Shown piece by piece: positions 54,415 to 64,000 of a stretch of 64,000 nt of DNA. A program made the translations under genes and the position numbers. Position 1 is the stretch's first letter; each line of letters begins with the position of its first letter. This DNA is from Candidatus Saccharimonadales bacterium (lineage in GTDB: Bacteria; Patescibacteriota; Saccharimonadia; Saccharimonadales; UBA10212), in contig JBEKOJ010000001.1 of NCBI GenBank assembly GCA_049521895.1, positions 290,717 to 354,716 of the forward strand. Reading direction: 5' to 3'. The notes below the pieces were generated by a model. The model saw only the letters and a list, made by a program, of their open reading frames with translations. It had not been told where the DNA came from and did not search any database.

Positions 54415-55320
54415 TCAGATCGTCGCGAGGACGGCCGTGATGTCATCATGCATCTTCTGGGTTGCAACGCGCGCCGTTTCTGCGAAGTTCGCTTCAGCCG
54501 AGGCGAAGATGATGCCGCGCGAGTTGTTAATGATCATGCCCCGCTTCTTGCTGTCGGCACCCGCCTTGACGGTTGCTTCCAGCTCGCCGCCCTGAGCCCC
54601 GTAACCGGGGATCAGGATGGGCATGTCGCCAACGATCTTGCGACCTTCCGCCAGCTCTTCGACGTACGTCGCTCCGAACACGACGGCGCAGTTGCCGTTG
54701 TAGTTCCAAGTCGTAGCGACGCGATGCGCGACGATCTGATAGAGCCGCTTGACCTTGATGCCCTCTCTGGCCTCGATGGACTTGATCATCTCCTCGCGAG
54801 TCCAGTCCGAGTGCTCGCAAAGCAAATCTTGGAACTCGCCCGCACCGGGATTGCTCGTTCGGACGAGCACGATGACGCCTTTGTCCTTCTGGTCGAGGAA
54901 CGGCTTCATCGCTTCCATGCCGAGGTACGGGTGCACCGTCACGGCGTCGGCGCCGAAGAACGTGAAATCCTCCAGCACATAGCCGTTGTTCGTGTTCCCG
55001 ATGTCGGCTTGCTTGGCATCGAGGATCACTGGGATCTCGGGGTAGTGCTCGTTGAGAAACGCGATCGTCTGCCGAAGCATCTCGAAGCCGTACGAACTGC
55101 TGTAGAACGCCAGGTTCGGCTTGTAGGCGCAAACCAGGTTGTGGGTCGCGTCGATGATCCGTTCGTTGAACTCGAGTTGCGCATCTCTGTGCGATGCGAC
55201 TGACTTCGGCAGCTTTGTGACATCGCTGTCGAGGCCGACGCAGACGAACTTGCCCTCGTCCCAGCGGGCATGGAGCAACTGCATGAAGTTGCGCTCCATC
55301 TCATCAACTCCTTGTCTCAT
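54415..55320 (-). CDS. pyrF: Orotidine 5'-phosphate decarboxylase, type 2
   Basis: About 300-aa type-2 layout: VCVGLD, ILDAKQADIGNT, DAVTVHPYLG. Strongly GC-rich, with several long shadow ORFs. Confidence 0.8.
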   Translation of the reverse strand: MRQGVDEMERNFMQLLHARWDEGKFVCVGLDSDVTKLPKSVASHRDAQLEFNERIIDATHNLVCAYKPNLAFYSSSYGFEMLRQTIAFLNEHYPEIPVILDAKQADIGNTNNGYVLEDFTFFGADAVTVHPYLGMEAMKPFLDQKDKGVIVLVRTSNPGAGEFQDLLCEHSDWTREEMIKSIEAREGIKVKRLYQIVAHRVATTWNYNGNCAVVFGATYVEELAEGRKIVGDMPILIPGYGAQGGELEATVKAGADSKKRGMIINNSRGIIFASAEANFAETARVATQKMHDDITAVLATI

Positions 55321-55497
55321 GGTCTAGCTTGTCCAGACCGGATTACTACTTGCCACCAAAAGCACTAACCCAGCCTGGGCAAATTGTTAAAGAACACCTG
55401 CAACGACTCCCGTTGCTTGCGCACATTATAAAAAAGTTTCCTAATAAATGAAAGTGGTAGTGATGAATTTGGGGCGGAATTCAAGCCCCGAGCTGGC

Positions 55498-56061
55498 TTA
55501 GCTTAATTCGAGTTTTTGTTGAATAACCGATATTAGCTCAGGAAATTCGAGTTTTTCCCTGGCTCCACCACCATAATGTCCTTCAGTGGTTGATTCCGTG
55601 TACTCTGTATTTAACTTCTTATGAACATATCTCGCCTCTTCAACGGGAATGTAAGGGTCATTGGTTGAGTGGAATTGGACTATCCATTTTTGATTGGCCT
55701 TAATCTTGTCCCATTGCCACGGGCGGTTGTAGTATCCACTTTTCTTTTCGTCTTCGTCATCCAGGTCTGTATGGCAGGCACCAACCAGTACAGAACCGTA
55801 GATTTTATTTTTTTCGGCGTAACGCATGGTTGCTACCGCTCCCGAGGAATGACCAATTAAAATAGTATTTTCATCAGCATGCAAAGTATCTTTCAGAAAA
55901 GGAATCCAATATTTTTCCCGAGCAAGAACATTGTCCGGCATCGTTTCAGCAATAACTACTAGCCCTTTTTGTTCGAGTGTGTGTTTGACGGAAGGAAACC
56001 AATGATCTGTGCCGGTTGCACCGCCATTGCCATGAATGATAATAATTTTAGGCTTCACCAC
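55498..56061 (-). CDS. Serine hydrolase family protein (YdeN/RBBP9-like alpha/beta hydrolase)
   Basis: IIIIHGNGG and GHSSGA. 187 aa. Confidence 0.65.
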   Translation of the reverse strand: MVKPKIIIIHGNGGATGTDHWFPSVKHTLEQKGLVVIAETMPDNVLAREKYWIPFLKDTLHADENTILIGHSSGAVATMRYAEKNKIYGSVLVGACHTDLDDEDEKKSGYYNRPWQWDKIKANQKWIVQFHSTNDPYIPVEEARYVHKKLNTEYTESTTEGHYGGGAREKLEFPELISVIQQKLELS

Positions 56062-56144
56062 AGCTATATGATAACAAAACAGCCAGAAATTCTGGTTTTG
56101 CCGCCGCGACGGAATTCAGGTCCTGGGTTGATATACTCAAATAA

Positions 56145-57260
56145 ATGGCTAGTCCAAAAGATACCGTCGCGCACCTGCTCTCATTTGCGGATATAAAAAT
56201 AAACGGTAGCCGTCCATTTGATATTCAGGTAAAAAATGAGCGTCTCTATAGGCGTGTTTTAGGCAATCCTCAGCTGGGGCTTGGCGAATCTTACATGGAT
56301 GGCTGGTGGGACGTGCAGCGGCTGGACCAATTGGCGGCAAAGTTATTTTCGGCTGACATCCAATCAAAGGTGCGTACCAGCCCAGGTATCATTAAAACAG
56401 TTGTTATCTCTAGCCTTTTGAACCGCCAGACAATTCGACGGGCTAAAAATAACGCCTCTAGGCATTACGATATCGGCAATGATCTTTATGAGCGCATGTT
56501 GGACAAGAATATGATATATAGCTGTGCTTATTGGAAAAATGCCACAAATCTGGACGATGCCCAGGATGCAAAACTAGAGTTAATCTGCCAGAAGCTCTAT
56601 CTTAAAAAGGGCATGTCTCTACTGGACGTTGGCTGCGGCTGGGGCGGTTTTGCTGTCTATGCTGCTAAAAATTACGGTGTCAAAGTCACTGGCATTACGC
56701 CAGCGAAAGAGCAAGTCAAGTTAGCAAGGGAACGGACTAAAAGCCTGCCGGTCACAATCCTGCAAAAAGATTACCGTGAAATAGATGGAAAGTTTGACCG
56801 CATCGTGTCTATAGGGATGCTCGAACATGTTGGCCCCAAAAACTACAAAGTCTTCTTTGAGCACTGCGAAAAAATGCTGAATGACAGTGGTATTATGCTG
56901 CACCACACTATCGGCAATAATCACTCGGCGAACAAAACAGATCCTTGGATCGACAAATACATATTTCCCGGCGGGGTTATACCTTCATTAGCGCAAATTA
57001 CCCGGGCGATAGAAGACAAACTAGTCATTGAGGATATTCACAATTTTGGCCCTTATTACGACAAAACCCTAATGGCCTGGCACAAAAACTTTGTTAAAAG
57101 CTACCCACAGCTCAAAGATAAGTACGACGCGCGTTTTTATCGCATGTGGAATTTTTATCTACTAACTTGTGCGGGGTTATTCAGGATACGCCGTATGCAG
57201 TTATGGCAAATAGTCATGCGTAAGATCGAAACCTCAGATACTTACAAAACCTTTCGATAA
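56145..57260 (+). CDS. cfa: Cyclopropane-fatty-acyl-phospholipid synthase family methyltransferase
   Basis: HYDIGNDLY, SAM motif LLDVGCGWGG, and the CFA synthase C-terminus. Confidence 0.85.
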   Translation: MASPKDTVAHLLSFADIKINGSRPFDIQVKNERLYRRVLGNPQLGLGESYMDGWWDVQRLDQLAAKLFSADIQSKVRTSPGIIKTVVISSLLNRQTIRRAKNNASRHYDIGNDLYERMLDKNMIYSCAYWKNATNLDDAQDAKLELICQKLYLKKGMSLLDVGCGWGGFAVYAAKNYGVKVTGITPAKEQVKLARERTKSLPVTILQKDYREIDGKFDRIVSIGMLEHVGPKNYKVFFEHCEKMLNDSGIMLHHTIGNNHSANKTDPWIDKYIFPGGVIPSLAQITRAIEDKLVIEDIHNFGPYYDKTLMAWHKNFVKSYPQLKDKYDARFYRMWNFYLLTCAGLFRIRRMQLWQIVMRKIETSDTYKTFR

Positions 57261-57308
57261 AACTTGGGGGCGGGATTCAGGGGTCGGAGGGCATGAGATA
57301 ATAGAAGA

Positions 57309-57770
57309 ATGCAAAAAGCACCGGATTTTAACCTGCTGGACCAAAACGGCAAAGCGCACACGCTGGGTGATTATAGCGGCAAGTGGCTGGTGCTTTATTT
57401 TTATCCCAAGGATGATACACCTGGCTGCACAACCGAAGCCTGCAGTTTTCGTGACGAGCGCGAACTGATAGCCCAGCTTGGCAACGCGGAAATTGTTGGT
57501 ATTAGCAAAGATTCCGTTGAATCCCACAAGAAATTCGCCGATAAATACAATCTGAACTTTCCTATCTTAAGCGACCCGGAGCATAAAACTATTGAAGCCT
57601 ACGATTCGTGGGGACCCAAGAAATTGGCGGGCCATGAATACCTGGGCACCAAGCGCAATACTTTTATCATTGACCCCGGTGGAAGCATTGCGAAGCAGTA
57701 CAAGGGTGTTGACCCAAAAACCCACGCCGCCGAAATTATCAACGACCTGAAAACCCTGCAGACTTCCTAA
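57309..57770 (+). CDS. bcp: Thiol peroxidase / peroxiredoxin Bcp
   Basis: FYPKDDTPGCTTEAC peroxidatic Cys motif. Confidence 0.9.
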   Translation: MQKAPDFNLLDQNGKAHTLGDYSGKWLVLYFYPKDDTPGCTTEACSFRDERELIAQLGNAEIVGISKDSVESHKKFADKYNLNFPILSDPEHKTIEAYDSWGPKKLAGHEYLGTKRNTFIIDPGGSIAKQYKGVDPKTHAAEIINDLKTLQTS

Positions 57771-58447
57771 TTTTTTAGGCCGTTGATTTCCGCGAGGGTG
57801 AGGTCGCGCCACTGGCCGGGTTTTAGGCTTTCTACGCCCAGTTTTCCGTATCTCGAACGATGGAGCCGGCGCGTATCCAGGCCGACGGCTTCCAGCATGC
57901 GTTTGACTTGGTGATTGCGGCCTTCGTGGATTGTCAGCTCAATTTTATTCTCGCTAAGCTTGCGGGTTTTAGCTGGAGCTGTCTTGCCATCTTCCAGCTC
58001 TACGCCATTACTTAACGTGTTAAGTATTTTTGAAGTTATTGTCCCCTGCACTTTTGCTTCATAGGTCTTGTCTACCTCAAAGCTGGGGTGCATCAGTTTA
58101 TGGGCCAGTTCGCCGTCGTTGGTCAGCAGCAACACCCCTGTTGTATCAAAGTCCAGACGCCCCACCGGTACTACCCGCTCAGGAATATCAATTAGATCAG
58201 TGACTTTGGGCCGATCCTGCGGATCGCTCAAGGTGGTTATGGTGCGATCTGGTTTATTGAGCAAAATATAACGCAGTCTTTGCGATTGTATTTTTCTGCC
58301 ATCTAGCTCAATAAGGTCATTTTCTGAAACCTCATCATTAAGCTGGCCGGGTTTGCCGTTAACTTTAACCCGTTCGGCTTGAATGAGCTTATCGGCTCCT
58401 CGCCTAGAGCTCACTCCCGCTCTAGCAAGATATGCGTTAAGTCTCAT
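57767..58447 (-). CDS. Pseudouridine synthase (RsuA/RluB family) with S4 domain
   Basis: N-terminal S4 (RLNAYLARAGVSSRR) and catalytic GRLDFDTTGVLLLTNDG. Confidence 0.85.
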   Translation of the reverse strand: MRLNAYLARAGVSSRRGADKLIQAERVKVNGKPGQLNDEVSENDLIELDGRKIQSQRLRYILLNKPDRTITTLSDPQDRPKVTDLIDIPERVVPVGRLDFDTTGVLLLTNDGELAHKLMHPSFEVDKTYEAKVQGTITSKILNTLSNGVELEDGKTAPAKTRKLSENKIELTIHEGRNHQVKRMLEAVGLDTRRLHRSRYGKLGVESLKPGQWRDLTLAEINGLKN

Positions 58448-58512
58448 TTATCTAGAATACATCCTTGACTGGAATTAACAGAGAGAATTATGTATAATCA
58501 CTCTGTTGTTGC

Positions 58513-58589
58513 GGGGCATTGGCGCAGTTGGCTAGCGCGCTTCCATGGCATGGAAGAGGTCAAGGGTTCGAATCCCTTATGCTCCACCA
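58513..58589 (+). tRNA. tRNA-Ala (anticodon GGC)
   Basis: 77-nt manual cloverleaf with the G3:U70 pair, anticodon arm CTTCC-ATGGCAT-GGAAG and T arm AAGGG-TTCGAAT-CCCTT. CCA is encoded. Confidence 0.9.
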
Positions 58590-58615
58590 TAAATAACCCG
58601 TTTGTTGGGTTATTT

Positions 58616-59038
58616 TTAGTGATGGCTGTGGGCGCCGCGGGCAATTACCAGCCGGTTGACTGGCACGGTGAGAAGAAAAGCGACCGATAGCGACAGGGCC
58701 TCGCTCCACCAGAACAGAATATTATGCAGTTGGGCGTTGATGGCGCCGGGGATAAGCCACTCCAAGGTGTTATCTATAAATACCATCGTGGTAATTGAGA
58801 TGGTGTCTACCGCAAGCGCCAGCTTAACGGCATCTCTCGGGGTGATGCCCTTTCTGCGCGCGCCAGAGAAAGTCAGTAAGTAGCCAAAAAGGAATGCCAG
58901 TAAGACACCCAAAGCGGTTTGCAATATGTTGGACCAGTTTTGGCCAATTGCCATACCCAGCACCTCGCCGATAGCACAGCCGGTCAGGCAATGCCGGGTA
59001 TGGGTGATGGCTTGCCGGGTTAGTGCGCTAAAGACCAT
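58616..59038 (-). CDS. DUF4396-like membrane protein
   Basis: 140 aa, 4 TM. HCLTGCAIGEVLG resembles the DUF4396 signature as I recall it. Confidence 0.55.
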   Translation of the reverse strand: MVFSALTRQAITHTRHCLTGCAIGEVLGMAIGQNWSNILQTALGVLLAFLFGYLLTFSGARRKGITPRDAVKLALAVDTISITTMVFIDNTLEWLIPGAINAQLHNILFWWSEALSLSVAFLLTVPVNRLVIARGAHSHH

Positions 59039-59066
59039 AGTTATATAGTATATTAGTGGTCGGTTT

Positions 59067-59142
59067 GGGGATGTAGCTCACCTGGTAGAGCGCGGCATTC
59101 GCATTGCCGAGGTAGGGAGTTCGAGTCTCCCCATCTCCACCA
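59067..59142 (+). tRNA. tRNA-Ala (anticodon CGC)
   Basis: 76-nt manual cloverleaf: GGGGATG/CATCTCC acceptor with G3:U70, anticodon arm CGGCA-TTCGCAT-TGCCG and T arm GGGAG-TTCGAGT-CTCCC. CCA is encoded. Confidence 0.9.
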
Positions 59143-59144
59143 CT

Positions 59145-59175
59145 AAAAATATCCGTCACGTCGACGGATATTTTT
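59145..59175 (+). terminator. Hairpin terminator after tRNA-Ala (bidirectional shape)
   Basis: 13-bp stem AAAAATATCCGTC / GACGGATATTTTT with a 5-nt loop. Confidence 0.55.
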
Positions 59176-59179
59176 AGTA

Positions 59180-59315
59180 CTTCGCGCAGCCCACCCTTGC
59201 CCCGCACTTAAACCTGAGCGGAGTAGTTTGTAATCAGATTATGAAGCTTCAAGTTTAAGTGCGGGGCGTGGCCACATTTATTTAATTTTTTGTTTTTGCA
59301 GCCGTGTGCGCGAAG
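59180..59315. other. Nested long hairpin of unknown function
   Basis: The outer 9-bp pair is CTTCGCGCA / TGCGCGAAG. The inner perfect 15-bp pair is GCCCCGCACTTAAAC (59199-59213) with GTTTAAGTGCGGGGC (59253-59267). Confidence 0.45.
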
Positions 59316-59352
59316 CTGCCCTTATTACACGCTTGAGCTTACTTTTTGTCAA

Positions 59353-59507
59353 CCCAGCAGTAGACTTTCGAGTCAGCTCGTCGTCCGGCGAGCCATTTAT
59401 TTGACATTAAGTCTTGCTAACTTTGACGAGCTCCTGTTTTTGTAGACGTACCAACGAGCTGAATAGCTGAAAGGCAAGTCAAATGATCTCGAAAGCTCAC
59501 TGCTGGG
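59353..59507. repeat. TIR hairpin element E4 (155 bp)
   Basis: Arms CCCAGCAGTAGACTTTCGAG and CTCGAAAGCTCACTGCTGGG. The interior is homologous to E3. It abuts the ligA stop codon. Confidence 0.65.
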
Positions 59508-62455
<2,948 letters not shown>

Positions 62456-62475
62456 AATTATATCGGAAATCGGGG

Positions 62476-63351
62476 CTAGAGTTTCATTTCGCGCAGGGCT
62501 TTGATGCGGGCTTCTATTGGAGGGTGGGTGCTAAAAAGATTTAGTAGGCTGTGGCCTTTTAGCGGATTGACAAAAAACATGTGCGCGGTTGAGGTGTTTT
62601 GCTTCATGGTCGCACTGCCAGTTTGCTCGATTTTTTCCAGCGCGTCGGCCAGGCCTTCCGGATAACGGGTAGTCAAAGCCCCTTGGGCATCAGCTAGATA
62701 CTCTCGGCGGCGACTAATGGATAATTGCAATAAAGTCGCAGCTATAGGTGCTAAAATCGCTGCAAAAATAGCCAGAAATATAGTTATTTGGTTGTTGTTG
62801 TCCCGTTCGTTACGCAGGCCGCCAAAGAAGGCGAAGCGCAGAAAGAAATCGGCTATCAGCGAGATTACGCCCACCAGAGCAAAAGCCAGAGTGTTAACCC
62901 TGATATCATAGTCTTTGACGTGGCCAAGCTCGTGGGCTATTACACCCTCCAACTCGGTGTCGTTCATGATCTGCAGTAAACCCGAGGTGGCGCAGACTAC
63001 CGAGTGGTCAGGGTCACGGCCGGTAGAAAACGCGTTTGGCGCCGGATCATCCATGATATAAACCTTGGGCATCGGCAGGCCATCAGCAATAGATAGGTTC
63101 TCGACAATCCGCCACAGGCGCGGGTCATCGCTTTTTTGAATTTCCTGGGCGCCGTTTACCGCAAGGGCCATTTTACTACCGGCAAAATAACTAAAAATCG
63201 CGTAGCTTAGCGCAAAAATGCCGATGATAAATAAAAGATCCGGTTGCACCAGAGCCTTACTTATCACGAAAGCTATTCCCCACAGTAGGGCCAAAAATAC
63301 CACCATCAGCACTACCGTTCGGCGCTTATTTGAAGAAATTTGCTCGTACAT
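62476..63351 (-). CDS. htpX: Zinc metalloprotease HtpX
   Basis: HELGHVKDYD (HExxH) with the 4-TM M48 layout. Confidence 0.9.
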   Translation of the reverse strand: MYEQISSNKRRTVVLMVVFLALLWGIAFVISKALVQPDLLFIIGIFALSYAIFSYFAGSKMALAVNGAQEIQKSDDPRLWRIVENLSIADGLPMPKVYIMDDPAPNAFSTGRDPDHSVVCATSGLLQIMNDTELEGVIAHELGHVKDYDIRVNTLAFALVGVISLIADFFLRFAFFGGLRNERDNNNQITIFLAIFAAILAPIAATLLQLSISRRREYLADAQGALTTRYPEGLADALEKIEQTGSATMKQNTSTAHMFFVNPLKGHSLLNLFSTHPPIEARIKALREMKL

Positions 63352-63460
63352 AGTTGCGGCTTCGCCTTATGAGGACAAACCTACGGTTTTTCCTCATCGC
63401 ACCGGACACGGAATGAATCCGATGCTCGGGCTGCTCTTTTTCCCTTCAAGACTCCATAAA

Positions 63461-64000
63461 TTATTTCTTGTTGCCGCCGGAGAAATCTACTTTGACTGGT
63501 TCTTCCACAGCCGCGGCCTCGCTCTCATCAACCCCGAAGAATTCGCGGTTTTTAATGCCCATGACGCCGGCAAAAAAGTTAGTCGGGAAAACTTGGATCT
63601 TGGTGTTGAGGTCGCGGACGGCGCCATTATAAAAACGGCGGGAGGCTTGGATTTTATCCTCAGTGTCGGTGACTTCGTCTTGCAGCTTCTGGAAGTTTTC
63701 ACTGGCGCGCAGTTGCGGGTAGTTCTCGGCGACAGCAAACAGGCTTTTTAGCGCGCCCTGGAATTGGTTATCAGCCTTGGAGGCTTCACCGACAGTTGTA
63801 GCGCTGAGCGCTTGGGTCCGTACTTCGGCTACCTTCTCAAAAACTTCTTTTTCGTGACTGGCGTAACCTTTTACAGTTTCAACCAGGTTGGGAATCAGGT
63901 CATAACGTCGCTTTAGCTGAACGGTTATGTCGCTCCAGGCCTCGTCGGTACGTACCTTAAGCCGGATTAAGCTGTTATACAAATAGACCGCAAACAGAAG
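63461..64000 (-). CDS. lemA: LemA family protein (N-terminus beyond window end)
   Basis: YNSLIRLKVRTDEAWSDI...YPQLRASENF... matches the LemA pattern. The reading frame stays open to the window edge. Confidence 0.8.
   Translation of the reverse strand, partial: LLFAVYLYNSLIRLKVRTDEAWSDITVQLKRRYDLIPNLVETVKGYASHEKEVFEKVAEVRTQALSATTVGEASKADNQFQGALKSLFAVAENYPQLRASENFQKLQDEVTDTEDKIQASRRFYNGAVRDLNTKIQVFPTNFFAGVMGIKNREFFGVDESEAAAVEEPVKVDFSGGNKK

Noticed and set aside
54448-55327. ORFs 54448..55203 (+), 54527..55132 (-), 54749..54982 (+), 55026..55307 (-) and 55139..55327 (+)
   Set aside because: These are shadow ORFs inside the GC-rich pyrF gene. Only the 54415..55320 frame yields OMP-decarboxylase motifs.

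Overview
This 64-kb window looks like a chromosomal segment from a small-genome, mid-GC bacterium of the CPR/Patescibacteria type, probably Saccharibacteria-like. That placement is inferred from gene content only: sortase plus an LPNTG surface protein, a type IV pilin-like gene, F-type ATPase, oxidative pentose-phosphate genes, lower glycolysis, many ABC-2 exporters, and the standard genetic code. From about 5.6 kb to 64 kb the content is mostly housekeeping: rarA, the zwf-pgl-gnd operon, the atpBEFHAGDC operon, eno, ppsA, sodA, trmD, rpsP, rnc, nusB, rpmF, leuS, ddl, murF, ligA, htpX, and three tRNAs. The left 5.5 kb is different. It is an array of single-gene cassettes separated by an essentially invariant 23-24 bp direct repeat. 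Cargo includes a VOC/glyoxalase, an ANT-like nucleotidyltransferase, a GNAT and two GC-rich unknowns. The last unit carries a DUF3800-like gene, a retron-type reverse transcriptase and a densely hairpinned 440-bp non-coding stretch. No recombinase is visible and the array runs off the left edge. I consider this array-plus-retron locus the best candidate for an undescribed system. Other notable items:
- a Nudix domain embedded inside LeuS
- a small GC-rich islet at tRNA-Gln bounded by 41-bp direct repeats, next to a truncated tRNA-Gln-like fragment
- a second set of junction-like repeats around tiny membrane-protein genes at 30.7-32 kb
- a GC-rich, apparently foreign type-2 pyrF
- a 2-hydroxyacid dehydrogenase-phosphoglycerate mutase fusion
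- two recurring intergenic sequence families, a 24-bp palindrome and ~85-160-bp TIR hairpin elements.
All calls come from reading the sequence and ORF translations. No database search or folding program was run.
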